NCBI GenBank assembly: GCA_964390635.1
Contig: CAYMIG010000004.1
Coordinates: 69,439-133,438, forward strand
DNA from: an uncultured Vampirovibrionales bacterium
GTDB lineage: Bacteria > Cyanobacteriota > Vampirovibrionia > Vampirovibrionales > Vampirovibrionaceae
Length of the DNA: 64,000 bases
Direction: 5' to 3'
Part shown: positions 1-9,503 of the stretch, one piece after another
How positions within the stretch are numbered: the stretch's first letter is position 1
Layout of the letters: each line of letters starts with the position of its first letter
Notes under the pieces: generated by a model
What the model was told of the DNA's origin: nothing
Databases searched by the model: none
The model's input: only the letters and a program-made list of their open reading frames with translations
Made by a program: the position numbers and the translations under genes

Positions 1-192
1 CACGCTTTGCAGGCCCCCGGAGGGTTTCTGGCTGGGGTCGGGCACGGCGGCCTGCTCCCGCAAGGCGGCCCCGGCCTGCCGAAAGGGGTGCTTCTCCTCC
101 TCCGGGTCAAAGCCCGCCACCCCCTCCCGCGCCGGCTTGGCCTGGGTGCGGTTGTAGGGTTGAATCAACGGCGTATAGACACGCGTGACCAT
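1..192 (-). CDS. hypothetical protein, 5' fragment (gene runs off the left edge)
   Basis: Open-ended, so absent from the ORF track. ATG at 190-192 on the minus strand, with AAGGA about 13 nt upstream. Translation MVTRVYTPLIQPYNRTQAKPAREGVAGFDPEEEKHPFRQAGAALREQ... shows strong G/C third-position bias. Confidence 0.3.
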   Translation of the reverse strand, partial: MVTRVYTPLIQPYNRTQAKPAREGVAGFDPEEEKHPFRQAGAALREQAAVPDPSQKPSGGLQSV

Positions 193-355
193 AGGGGCTC
201 GGGTTTCCTTGGTTGGGGCAGTCTTCCACTTCAGCCATCGGCGGTTGGGGGTCGCCGCTACAGCAAGATCCTCCATCCGGAGGACGGAGGGGCCATTGAA
301 AGGATATGCACTTTCAGCCCTTTGGCAACCGGCTTACCGGGAGGGCGCCCGGCAG

Positions 356-1423
356 TCAGGTCTGGTAGCCCGGGGTGGGCTCCCCGGCATAGCCGGTTGC
401 CATATCGGGCCGGCTGCCAAAGGGCGGGGGCGGGGTGAAGCATTCTTTCAGCTGGGGCGGCAGCTTGTGGTAATACACCATCAGTCCGTGGTGGTAGGTA
501 TAGAACTTGAAAAAGTTGAAGGCCAGGTAGCAGGCCAGGGTCAGCACTTCCACGCCCAGAATGAGCCCCACGTTGGCCTCAAACCGGATGAACTGCTGAA
601 TGTCCACCTCGCCCAGCAGCCAGACGACCTCGGCAATGATCCCGCCCATCAGCAAAAAGAAGGCCGGAAACAGCCCGTAGATACAGGGCGAGGCAAAGGC
701 GATGCGTCCGCAGCGTTGCAGGATGATGGGATTGGGCAAATCGGGCTCGGTTACCGCGATAACGTCCCCAAACAGGGTGGTGACCGCCGTCCACAGGCTG
801 TTGACAAAGGCGATGAAGGTGAACAGGCCCAGCATCATCATGATGAACAGCTCGATGGTGATTTGCAGGGACAGCCCGATGAAGGACAGATCGCTGAAGG
901 TGTTGAACAAATACAGCTCAATGACCCCCACGATGAAGGTCAGGGCGGTCAGCACCAGCGGGGGCAGCACGATCATGGCCGCTTGATAAAGCTTCCACTG
1001 GATGAGGGCCACGATGCCCCGCTCGGGATCCCCTTCATAATCTACATGCAACGGGTGGGGGCGCGGAAAAGCCCGGGCCCAGGCGGTGTAATACAGGGAC
1101 TTGATGCGCAGCAGCAACTGGAACCCGCCCAGGAAGGACAGCACCATAAAAAAGGCCAGTTTAATGAAAAAATAGGCCGGCAGGTTGTCGAACCGGGTTT
1201 CCCCGCTGATGGCTAGGTGGCTTTTGGACCACTCGAACAGGGGCACAAACAGGCTTTCCGCCGTTAGCAGCACCACCGGGGTGATGATTAGCAGCAAAAG
1301 CAGCAGGGGCAGCACCTGGGGGGGCAGGATCATGTCGAACACGGTGACCCCGGACGGCAGCGACGGCGGAAGTTCGTAGGGCTCTGATGGCCCGGGGGCT
1401 CCCTGGAAACGGCGGTTGCTCAT
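356..1423 (-). CDS. polytopic integral membrane protein, unknown function
   Basis: 355-aa ORF with many long hydrophobic segments (LPLLLLLLIITPVVLL, FFMVLSFLGGFQLLL, IELFIMMMLGLFTFIAF). Same strand as clpC and starts 20 nt downstream of its stop. Confidence 0.6.
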   Translation of the reverse strand: MSNRRFQGAPGPSEPYELPPSLPSGVTVFDMILPPQVLPLLLLLLIITPVVLLTAESLFVPLFEWSKSHLAISGETRFDNLPAYFFIKLAFFMVLSFLGGFQLLLRIKSLYYTAWARAFPRPHPLHVDYEGDPERGIVALIQWKLYQAAMIVLPPLVLTALTFIVGVIELYLFNTFSDLSFIGLSLQITIELFIMMMLGLFTFIAFVNSLWTAVTTLFGDVIAVTEPDLPNPIILQRCGRIAFASPCIYGLFPAFFLLMGGIIAEVVWLLGEVDIQQFIRFEANVGLILGVEVLTLACYLAFNFFKFYTYHHGLMVYYHKLPPQLKECFTPPPPFGSRPDMATGYAGEPTPGYQT

Positions 1424-1443
1424 TGCGGGGGCCGATCCTCAGC

Positions 1444-3918
1444 TCAGGCCGTGACTTGGGACGAGGAGGATTTCTTGCCCGCCGGCTTTTCGGAGGCCTT
1501 CTCGAACACGATTTTGCCGTCTTTCAGCTTGGCCGTGATGTTGTCGCCTTCCTTGAAGCGGCCCATCAGAATCTCTTCGGAGAGCTCGTCCTCGATTTTC
1601 TTCTGGATGACCCGCCGCAGGGGACGCGCGCCGTAGGAGGGACTGTAGCCCTCTTTGGCCAGCTCGTCTTTCACCTCGTCGGGGATGATGAGCTCCATGC
1701 TCTGGGTGCCCAGGCGGGTGATGAGATCCTGCAGCATGATGTCCACGATCTCGCGGATCTCCTCCTTGGTCAGCTGGTGGAAGATGATGATGTCGTCCAG
1801 CCGGTTCAGGAATTCCGGGCGGAACATCTTTTTCATCTCGTCCATCACGGTTTCCTTCATCTTCTCGTAGCGGGCCTCTTCGTCGTTGTCGGCCACCGAG
1901 AACCCGAAGGGGGTGGGGTTTTCGATGCGCTGGGCCCCCACGTTGGAGGTGAGGATGATGATGGTGTTCTTGAAATCCACGTTGCGCCCCTTGGAATCGG
2001 TCAGGCGGCCATCATCCAGGATTTGCAGCAGCACGTTGAACACATCCGGGTGGGCTTTTTCGATCTCGTCGAACAGCACCACGCTGTAGGGCTTGCGGCG
2101 CACCTGCTCGGTCAGCTGGCCGCCCTCGTTGTAGCCCACGTAGCCCGGAGGGGAGCCGATCAGCTTGCTGACGGTGTGGCGCTCCATGAATTCCGACATG
2201 TCCACCCGGATGATGTTGTCCTGGGAGCCGAAGAAGTAGTCGGCCAGCGCCTTGGCCAGCTCGGTTTTGCCCACCCCGGTGGGGCCGGAGAAGATGAAGC
2301 TGCCGATGGGGCGGTTGGGGTTTTTGAGGCCCACCCGCGCCCGGCGGATGGCCTTGGAGATGGCCGTCACCGCGTCATGCTGGCCGATGACCCGCTCATG
2401 CAGCGTTTCTTCCATCTTCAGCAGCTTTTCGGACTCGGATTCGGTGAGCTTAGATACCGGCACACCGGTCCAGCTGGCCACGATCTGCGCGATATGCTCG
2501 GCGGTGACAGTAATCTTCTTGTCTTCCTGCTGCTTTTTCCATTCCTCTGCCATTTCCCGGATTTTTTCGCGCAGTTCGGCTTCCTTGTCGCGCAGATCCG
2601 AGGCGGTCTCGAATTCCTGGTTGCGGATGGCCTGTTCTTTTTCCCGGATGATGCCCTTGAGTTCCTTTTCCAGGGCCTTTCCTTCCGGGGGCAGGGCCGA
2701 AGACGACAGGCGCACCCGGGAGCTGGCCTCGTCAATCAGGTCGATGGCCTTGTCCGGCAGGAAGCGATCGGCGATATAGCGGGCCGACAGCTTGGCGGCG
2801 GCCTCCAGGGCATCGTCCCCAATCACCAGCTTGTGGTGGGACTCATACTTTTCCCGCAGCCCGCGCATAATCTCGATGGTTTCCTCCACGGAGGGCTCCT
2901 CTACCATGACGGGCTGGAAGCGCCGCTCCAGGGCGGCGTCTTTCTCAATGTGCTTGCGGTATTCGCTGATGGTGGTGGCCCCGATGCATTGCAGCTCGCC
3001 GCGAGAGAGGGCGGGCTTCAGGATGTTGGCGGCGTCGATGGCCCCTTCGGCGGCCCCCGCCCCAATCAGGGTATGCAATTCGTCGATGACCAGGATGATG
3101 TTGCCGGCTTGCCGGATTTCATCCATCACTTTTTTCAGGCGCTCCTCAAACTCGCCCCGGTACTTGGTGCCGGCCACCAGCAGGCCGATATCCAGTTGCA
3201 CGATTTTCTTCTCGGAGAGGATTTCCGGCACGTCGCCGTTGACGATGCGCTGGGCCAGGCCTTCGGCGATGGCGGTTTTCCCTACGCCCGGCTCGCCGAT
3301 GAGCACCGGGTTGTTCTTGGTGCGGCGGCCCAGAATCTGAATCACCCGCTCGATTTCCTTTTCGCGGCCCACCACCGGGTCCAGGCGTTGCTCCTGGGCG
3401 CTCTGGGTCAGGTTGGTGGAGAATTCGTCCAGAGTGGGGGTTTTGCTGCGGCCCGGGGTGGCGGTGCCGGCGGCGGCCCCACGGGTTTCGCCCAGCATGC
3501 GGATGACGTTGCTGCGCACCTTGGTCAGATCCACGCCCAGGTTTTCCAGCACCCGGGCGGCCACGCCTTCCCCTTCCCGGATCAGGCCCAGCAGCAGGTG
3601 CTCGGTGCCGATGTAGTTGTGGCCCAGCTGGCGGGCCTCATCCCAGGACAGCTCCAGCACCCGCTTGGCCCGGGGGGTAAAGGGGATTTCCACGGCCACA
3701 AAGCCGCTGCCCCGCCCGATGATTTTTTCCACTTCCGCCCGGGCTTCCTTCAGGTTGACGCCCATGCCTTTCAGGGTCTTGGCCGCAATGCCGGTCCCTT
3801 CGCCAATCAGGCCCAGCAGAATCTGCTCGGTGCCCACGAAGTTGTGACCCAGCCGGCGCGCTTCCTCCTGCGCCAGCATAATGACCTTGATCGCTTTCTC
3901 AGTAAATCTTTCGAACAT
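1444..3918 (-). CDS. clpC: ATP-dependent Clp protease ATP-binding subunit ClpC (class I AAA+, two nucleotide-binding domains)
   Basis: 824 aa. N-terminal repeat [43 protein letters not shown] matches cyanobacterial/plastid ClpC almost residue for residue. Two Walker A motifs ([16 protein letters not shown]) and a UVR-like middle region. Confidence 0.97.
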   Translation of the reverse strand: MFERFTEKAIKVIMLAQEEARRLGHNFVGTEQILLGLIGEGTGIAAKTLKGMGVNLKEARAEVEKIIGRGSGFVAVEIPFTPRAKRVLELSWDEARQLGHNYIGTEHLLLGLIREGEGVAARVLENLGVDLTKVRSNVIRMLGETRGAAAGTATPGRSKTPTLDEFSTNLTQSAQEQRLDPVVGREKEIERVIQILGRRTKNNPVLIGEPGVGKTAIAEGLAQRIVNGDVPEILSEKKIVQLDIGLLVAGTKYRGEFEERLKKVMDEIRQAGNIILVIDELHTLIGAGAAEGAIDAANILKPALSRGELQCIGATTISEYRKHIEKDAALERRFQPVMVEEPSVEETIEIMRGLREKYESHHKLVIGDDALEAAAKLSARYIADRFLPDKAIDLIDEASSRVRLSSSALPPEGKALEKELKGIIREKEQAIRNQEFETASDLRDKEAELREKIREMAEEWKKQQEDKKITVTAEHIAQIVASWTGVPVSKLTESESEKLLKMEETLHERVIGQHDAVTAISKAIRRARVGLKNPNRPIGSFIFSGPTGVGKTELAKALADYFFGSQDNIIRVDMSEFMERHTVSKLIGSPPGYVGYNEGGQLTEQVRRKPYSVVLFDEIEKAHPDVFNVLLQILDDGRLTDSKGRNVDFKNTIIILTSNVGAQRIENPTPFGFSVADNDEEARYEKMKETVMDEMKKMFRPEFLNRLDDIIIFHQLTKEEIREIVDIMLQDLITRLGTQSMELIIPDEVKDELAKEGYSPSYGARPLRRVIQKKIEDELSEEILMGRFKEGDNITAKLKDGKIVFEKASEKPAGKKSSSSQVTA

Positions 3919-4107
3919 AGACGCCTCTTAACTGGATCCAAAAACTTTAAAAATGCCGGGAATGCCGGAGGGAGAAGCAGACTGCTACCCGTCAGGTCCC
4001 TCGTAACCACCCTCCAAGTGTACCCTATCGGGTAGGTGGGTTCAAGTGTTTTCAGCCGCTATCATGGAGATCTTAATGTTTTTATGCGGTTTCTGGAGGT
4101 GTCAGGC

Positions 4108-4377
4108 ATGGCTTGCCCACAATGCGGTTCACCCCTTCCGTCGCGGGCCAACTTCTGTCCCGCTTGCGGCGGCGATCTTTCCCGGATGGCGCCCGCCGAA
4201 TTAAGGCAGGGGCCTTTTCTCCCGCTGCCTGGGCTGGCGGGATGGGGCGCGTTTGGCTTTACCCTGCTGCTCAGTCTGGCCCTGACCCTGTTGCTTAGCG
4301 TGGTGCTGGGTTTTCCGGTCTTTATCCTGGGGGCCGTGCTGCCCTGGCTCTGGCTCGGGCGGGGTCGGGCCCGCTAG
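4108..4377 (+). CDS. zinc-ribbon membrane protein (small)
   Basis: Internal start MACPQCGSPLPSRANFCPACGG (CxxC-x11-CxxC zinc ribbon), followed by two hydrophobic helices. Its 3' half overlaps the tail of the convergent pseudouridine synthase ORF, so its extent is uncertain. Confidence 0.45.
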   Translation: MACPQCGSPLPSRANFCPACGGDLSRMAPAELRQGPFLPLPGLAGWGAFGFTLLLSLALTLLLSVVLGFPVFILGAVLPWLWLGRGRAR

Positions 4378-5082
4378 CAGCGCGGCGACCTCATCGGTGG
4401 TTAACGGGCGCCACCCGCCGTTTTTGAGCCCGTCCAGCCCTACCGGGCCAAAGGCAATGCGCTGCAAGGCTTTCACCTGGAAGCCCAAGGCCTCGAAGCT
4501 GCGGCGAATCTGGCGGTTGTAGCCGGTGATGAGGGTCACCTCGTAGGTGTTGGCTGGGGGCAATGGGCAAATCTCGGCCATGCGGGCCAGTTTGTTCTCC
4601 GGCATCAGTCGGATGCCCGCTTTCAAACGTTTTTTGTCGGCGGCCCCCAGGGTGCGGTTCAGTTGCACGGCGTAGCGCTTGGGCCAGTGGTAGCGGGGAT
4701 GACTGATGCGATGGATGAAGTCCCCGTCGTTGGAGAGAATCAGCAGGCCGCTGGTATCCTTGTCCAGCCGCCCCGCCGGATCCCCGCTGTGATATCGCTC
4801 GGGCAGCAGGGTATAAAAGGTTTTCTGGTTCTTTCCGGCGGTGCGGGCGGTGAGAAAGCCTACCGGCTTATGAAAGGCCAGGTAAAACCGCGCCGGGGCC
4901 GAAGCGATGGGCTGATCCGCCACCGTGACCCGATCCCGCTCCGGGTCGATACGGCTGCCCAGGGCCGTCACCACCACCCCGTTTACTTTCACCTGGCCGG
5001 CGGTAATCAGGGCATCGGCCTTGCGCCGGGCGCAATAGCCGCTGTCGGCAATGAACTTGTTCAGGCGCACCGGCTCAGGCAT
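4201..5082 (-). CDS. pseudouridine synthase, RsuA/RluB family (S4 domain + catalytic domain)
   Basis: From the internal start MPEPVRLNKFIADSGYCARRKADALI (S4 RNA-binding domain). Catalytic motif GRLDKDTSGLLILSNDG. Basic C-terminal tail. Start inferred from the family N-terminus. Confidence 0.85.
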   Translation of the reverse strand: MPEPVRLNKFIADSGYCARRKADALITAGQVKVNGVVVTALGSRIDPERDRVTVADQPIASAPARFYLAFHKPVGFLTARTAGKNQKTFYTLLPERYHSGDPAGRLDKDTSGLLILSNDGDFIHRISHPRYHWPKRYAVQLNRTLGAADKKRLKAGIRLMPENKLARMAEICPLPPANTYEVTLITGYNRQIRRSFEALGFQVKALQRIAFGPVGLDGLKNGGWRPLTTDEVAALLAGPTPPEPEPGQHGPQDKDRKTQHHAKQQGQGQTEQQGKAKRAPSRQPRQREKRPLP

Positions 5083-5506
5083 GCTCAAACAGGGGTAATT
5101 GCAGGGCCTCTTCGTGCACCACGTCGCATCCCAGCTCCAGGGCCAGTTGCAGGGCCGCCTCGTACTCTTGTTGGCTGGTGAGCGGCCAGGTGCCCCGCAG
5201 CTCCGGGCCAACCCGGATTTCTACCCGGTCGGCATACACGTGGAAGGCCCGGCGGCGATCCTGGCGGCGGCGGGCCAGGGCCCGCTCAAAGGCCGGCCCC
5301 GCTTGCAGGTTGAAGGTATGCATGGCCACCAGCACGTCGGCCAGAATGTTTTCCAGCTGTTGCTGGCTCAGCAGAACCTTGCCCTCCTCAAAGGCGCCCA
5401 GGCACAGCCGGATCCCCTCCTTTAGGCGACCCAAGGCTTCCCGGGAGGTTTCCGGGGGGGTGGGCTGCTGCAGCCAGGCCGACTGCTGGGCTTGGTTCAG
5501 ATCCAT
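5075..5506 (-). CDS. hypothetical protein
   Basis: 143-aa ORF on the same strand. Its stop overlaps the start of the pseudouridine synthase by 8 nt. No family recognised. Confidence 0.45.
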   Translation of the reverse strand: MDLNQAQQSAWLQQPTPPETSREALGRLKEGIRLCLGAFEEGKVLLSQQQLENILADVLVAMHTFNLQAGPAFERALARRRQDRRRAFHVYADRVEIRVGPELRGTWPLTSQQEYEAALQLALELGCDVVHEEALQLPLFEHA

Positions 5507-5607
5507 GTCAGATCCATGGGCATGGGGCTCCTTGCGGGGGCGGTTGCCATGGCAACCGCCGTTTCAGTCCCCATTGTAGCCCGAACCCGGATCTCCTTAA
5601 ACGGGGG

Positions 5608-6267
5608 TCAGGGGGTGGGCTTCAGGGTGGAGGCCCCGTCCAGGAACAGGCGCACCAGCTGGGCCGCCTTTTCCCGGTTGTCCAGGGGGCTGCTTTCATG
5701 AAAGGAATAGCGCAGGGTTAGCCAGTCCAGCAGGGTGAGGAAGAACTCGCCCAGCAGGGCGGGATCGTGGTGGGGATACAGGCGCCCGTCCCCGATGGCC
5801 GTGGCAAACAAATCCCGCACGGGCTCAAAGATGCGGGCTCGGTATAAATCCAGCACCTGCCTGGCCCGGGCTTCCCCCAGGTTCTGGGAAACATCCCGGA
5901 TGAGGCATGGCATGGAAACGGGGGCATGTTCAAAAAAGCCCTCGGCCAGGCGCAGCAGCCGTTCTTCCAGGGGGGCCTCGTCGTGGTTCAATGTGCCGAA
6001 AGCCAGCCCGGCGGTTTCAATCAGCTCCCCCAGCACCGCCGCGTAGAGCTGTTCCTTGTCCGGGAAGTAATAGTAAAGGGTCGGTTTGCTGATTTCCGCG
6101 GCGCTGACGATGTCGTGGATGGAGACGGCGGAAAATCCCTTGCGGGCAAACAAGCCGCGGGCGTGCTGCAGGATGTGGGCGGCGGTGTTGATTTTGGCCA
6201 TCTTGTCCCCGGGACGCGGTCTGCCTGGCGGACGCCCGGAAGATTTGGCGGTTTTTTTGGCGGTCAT
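5608..6267 (-). CDS. TetR/AcrR family transcriptional regulator
   Basis: N-terminal HTH signature FARKGFSAVSIHDIVSAAEISKPTLYYYFPDKEQLY, followed by a helical ligand-binding domain. Confidence 0.9.
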   Translation of the reverse strand: MTAKKTAKSSGRPPGRPRPGDKMAKINTAAHILQHARGLFARKGFSAVSIHDIVSAAEISKPTLYYYFPDKEQLYAAVLGELIETAGLAFGTLNHDEAPLEERLLRLAEGFFEHAPVSMPCLIRDVSQNLGEARARQVLDLYRARIFEPVRDLFATAIGDGRLYPHHDPALLGEFFLTLLDWLTLRYSFHESSPLDNREKAAQLVRLFLDGASTLKPTP

Positions 6268-6336
6268 CCGGTACCGAAAAACTCCTCACATTCCGTCATA
6301 CACGATTGATTGACAAGCCGTGGCTTCGCTATAAAC

Positions 6337-6371
6337 TGGATAATATATACTGCTAGGTAGATTATCATCCA
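6337..6371. promoter_or_regulatory. candidate operator: imperfect inverted repeat in the tetR / cbiX-like divergent intergenic region
   Basis: TGGATAAT-N16-ATTATC(AT)CCA in an AT-rich stretch immediately upstream of the TetR gene. A TTGACA hexamer lies about 30 nt away. Confidence 0.25.
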
Positions 6372-6535
6372 GGTTTTCGAACTAAGCCCAAAAGCCTGCG
6401 GCACAGCAGGCGGTGGGCACTTCTGTATGTTGCCATCCGTCTACTGACCTTGCCGTTGGCATTGTAACGGGACGGGACACCCGGGATCAAGGGCGGGCCT
6501 CACCCCCTGTCTTTGCCTTAGGGAGGAGGTGCCGG

Positions 6536-6937
6536 ATGGATTCGCACACCGAGACTCGCAAGCACAAATTATCCCGCCTGGTGCTGTTGGCCCCAGGAGA
6601 CGAGGGGCCGCGTGCCCGGCAAGCTTACCAGTGGCTGAACGACAAATTGCGTAAGGATCTGGGAGACGAGGGCGTGGCCCTGGCCTATCTGCAAGGCGAC
6701 TCCCCCAGTATGATGGCTGTGGCCGAGCAGGCGGCGGCCTCCGGCCGGGTGTCCGAGCTGGTTGTTCTGCCCTTGTTCCTGGCCATGGCCGGCCCCGTGG
6801 AGCAGGCCATCCCCCAGCAGGTGGCCGAGATTAAACAGCGGTTCCCTCAGCTGGGAGTGATTATCCTGCCCCCAGCGGGGGAGCAACCCGCCGTGATCCA
6901 AGCCGTCTGCCAGGTGGCCCGGGGGGCGATCCGCTAA
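6536..6937 (+). CDS. CbiX-like (class II chelatase fold) small protein, probably non-catalytic
   Basis: Start MDSHTE, preceded by GGGAGGAGG. Layout resembles short CbiX (LVLLAPGDEG..., VVLPLFLAMAGPVEQAIP), but the usual His residues (GHGS, and GxH after PLFL) are replaced. Confidence 0.45.
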   Translation: MDSHTETRKHKLSRLVLLAPGDEGPRARQAYQWLNDKLRKDLGDEGVALAYLQGDSPSMMAVAEQAAASGRVSELVVLPLFLAMAGPVEQAIPQQVAEIKQRFPQLGVIILPPAGEQPAVIQAVCQVARGAIR

Positions 6938-6957
6938 GGTTACAGTTTTGTTAGGGA

Positions 6958-9495
6958 ATGACACCATCTTCCCTGGATGGGTTTTCAATAAAGGCGGATC
7001 ATCATACAATAGGGTCCGCATCAGCTTTGTTGAGAAAAGGGGTCATTCTGCGCATGCGGGTCATCGAGCCTTTGCAGGCCGGGACGTCGCGGTTTGAGCA
7101 GCCGCGCTTTGCCCGTCAAAAAGCCATGGGGGTACCATCTGCCAGCCCGGTGCCGGCGGATCGCGCTCAGCCGGTTTCAGCCGCCCTTTGCCAAGCCTAT
7201 GTGGGGGTTAATCCCCTTTTTGGGCAGACTGCCCGCCATGTCAGATCGGTACGCACCTTGGTGCCGGGCCACCTGCCCCGCTTTGGGCAGGGAATTGCCA
7301 CCCCGGCCAAGGGGTTCCAACAGTATCAGTCCTATCCTATTACCCGGCCCGACGGCAGCCAGGGCACGTTGCGGTTTGCTCCCGGGGATCCCGCCTGCCT
7401 GGGTGCCACCTGGGTGAATCCTTCCGCCCGTACCCAGAGCGGGGTGAACTTTGCCTTCTTTTCCAAGCACGCCACCCAGGTTGATTTGTGCCTGTTTAAT
7501 GCCGAAAACGACACCCGGGAGGTGGCCCGTATCCCCCTGCAACGATCCGGCGACATCTGGCACGGCTTCTCCCCGGATCTCAAGCCCGGGCAGCTTTATG
7601 GCTTCCGGGTTAGCGGCCCCTACGATCCCGCCCAGGGCCACCGCTTTAACGAACACAAGCTGTTGCTGGATCCCTACGCCAAGGCCGTGGCCCGCCCCAT
7701 TACCCAGTGGGATGACAGCCAGCTGGGCTTTGAGGCCAAGAATCCTTACGACCCGGCCCGCAAAAGCACTCAGGACAGCGCCGCCACGGTGAACCTGGGT
7801 GTGGTGATGGACAACGACTTCGACTGGAAGGGCGATCGCCGCCCGGATGTTCCCTGGCAAAACACCCTCATCTACGAGGCGCACGTCAAGGGTATGACGG
7901 CCCTGCATCCCCTGGTGCCCAAGCACCTGCGGGGCACCTATGCGGGCATGGCCCATCCGGCGGTGATTAAGCACTTGAAGGAGCTGGGGGTGACGGCGGT
8001 GGAACTGCTGCCGGTGCACTATTCCCCGGATAACCATACCGCCCAGGGGCTTTCCAATTATTGGGGCTACAACACCCTGGGCTTTTTCGCCCCCCAGCCC
8101 GAGTACGCCGCCAACCGCAAAACCCCGGACGGGCCGGTGCGGGAGTTTAAGGAGATGGTGCGCACCTACCACCAGAACGGTCTGGAAGTCCTGCTGGATG
8201 TGGTATACAACCATACCGCCGAAGGCAATGAGATGGGGCCCACCCTGTCCCTGCGGGGGGCGGACAACCGCTCTTACTACCGCCTGGTGAACGGGCAAAA
8301 GCAATACTACATGGACTATACCGGCACCGGGAATACCCTGGATGCCACCAACCCCACGGTAATCAAGCTGATCGTCGATAGCCTGCGTTACTGGGTGGAA
8401 GAGATGCACGTGGACGGCTTCCGGTTCGACCTGATGTCCGCCCTGGCCCGGGCGCCTCACGGCCAGATGTACAGCGATATCAGCTACCATCCTCTCTTCA
8501 AGGCCATCCAGAGCGATCCGGTGCTTTCCAAGGTCAAGCTCATTGCTGAGCCATGGGACATCAGCATGGAAGGTTACAAGGTGGGGGCCTATCCCAACGG
8601 CTGGCGGGAATGGAACGGACGCTACCGGGATGATGTGCGCAAGTTCTGGAAGGGCGAGCCCGGTATGCTGGATGATTTCACCACCCGTTTGGCTGGCAAC
8701 AGCGATTATTATCCGCAGCGGGGCCCCCTGGCCAGCATCAATTTCGTGACCGCCCACGACGGCTTTACCATGCGCGATCTGGTCTCTTACGAGCGCAAGA
8801 ACAACTGGGCCAACCGGGAAAACAACCGGGACGGGGAAAACAACAACCACTCCAGCAATTTCGGGGTGGAGGGCGACACCACCGATCCGGCCGTCCTGGC
8901 CCGCCGTCAGCGACAGATCAAGAACTTCTGGGCCACCCTGCTGTTTTCACAAGGGGTGCCCATGGTGCTGCACGGCGATGAACTGGGCCGCACCCAGGGG
9001 GGCAACAACAACGCCTACTGCCAGGACAACCCCACCAGCTGGATCGACTGGGGCAAGGCCGATGCGGAAATCCTGGCCTTTGCCAAGAAAGTCTCCAACC
9101 TGCGAAAGCAGCACCCGGTGTTTCGCCGCACGCAATTCTTCAGCGAAAAGCAGTTTCAGCCGGGCCGCAAGGACGTAACCTGGTTCCGGGCGGACGGCCA
9201 GCCCATGCGGGATTCGGACTGGATGCTCACGTATGCCCAATCGGTGGGCGTGATGTACGACGGGGACGCCCCGGGCCTGGCCGGCAAGGACAATCACTTC
9301 CTGCTGCTGGTCAACGCTTCCAACATCAGCCTGCCCTTCACCCTGCCGGCCCATGCCGAAGGCCAGTCCTGGCGCCTGGAGCTGGATACCGCCGAGCCGG
9401 TGAACACTCCCCGGGCGGGCCAGGCCTACGCCGCGGGCAGCGTCTACACGATGGCTCCCGGCAGTCTGGTACTGCTCAAAATGCCCAACCCCTAA
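6958..9495 (+). CDS. glgX: glycogen debranching enzyme GlgX (GH13) with a roughly 90-140 aa N-terminal extension; start codon uncertain (6958, 7054 or 7126)
   Basis: GATWVNPSARTQSGVNFAFFSKHA, GFRVSGPYDPAQGHRFNEHKLLLDPYAKA, VDGFRFDL, EPWD and NFVTAHDGFTMRDLVSY are all canonical GlgX/isoamylase blocks. Confidence 0.92.
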   Translation: MTPSSLDGFSIKADHHTIGSASALLRKGVILRMRVIEPLQAGTSRFEQPRFARQKAMGVPSASPVPADRAQPVSAALCQAYVGVNPLFGQTARHVRSVRTLVPGHLPRFGQGIATPAKGFQQYQSYPITRPDGSQGTLRFAPGDPACLGATWVNPSARTQSGVNFAFFSKHATQVDLCLFNAENDTREVARIPLQRSGDIWHGFSPDLKPGQLYGFRVSGPYDPAQGHRFNEHKLLLDPYAKAVARPITQWDDSQLGFEAKNPYDPARKSTQDSAATVNLGVVMDNDFDWKGDRRPDVPWQNTLIYEAHVKGMTALHPLVPKHLRGTYAGMAHPAVIKHLKELGVTAVELLPVHYSPDNHTAQGLSNYWGYNTLGFFAPQPEYAANRKTPDGPVREFKEMVRTYHQNGLEVLLDVVYNHTAEGNEMGPTLSLRGADNRSYYRLVNGQKQYYMDYTGTGNTLDATNPTVIKLIVDSLRYWVEEMHVDGFRFDLMSALARAPHGQMYSDISYHPLFKAIQSDPVLSKVKLIAEPWDISMEGYKVGAYPNGWREWNGRYRDDVRKFWKGEPGMLDDFTTRLAGNSDYYPQRGPLASINFVTAHDGFTMRDLVSYERKNNWANRENNRDGENNNHSSNFGVEGDTTDPAVLARRQRQIKNFWATLLFSQGVPMVLHGDELGRTQGGNNNAYCQDNPTSWIDWGKADAEILAFAKKVSNLRKQHPVFRRTQFFSEKQFQPGRKDVTWFRADGQPMRDSDWMLTYAQSVGVMYDGDAPGLAGKDNHFLLLVNASNISLPFTLPAHAEGQSWRLELDTAEPVNTPRAGQAYAAGSVYTMAPGSLVLLKMPNP

Positions 9496-9503
9496 GTGGT
9501 TTG

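Noticed and set aside
1387-4035. 882-aa plus-strand ORF antisense to clpC. Similar very long ORFs lie at 7177-8850(-), 26101-28260(-), 28418-30715(-), 31855-34326(-), 53425-56331(-) and 57913-59832(-).
   Set aside because: These are shadow ORFs typical of GC-rich DNA. Their translations are low-complexity (Gly/Ala/Arg/Leu/His-rich) with no family motifs. The opposite strand encodes proteins with unmistakable conserved motifs in every case.
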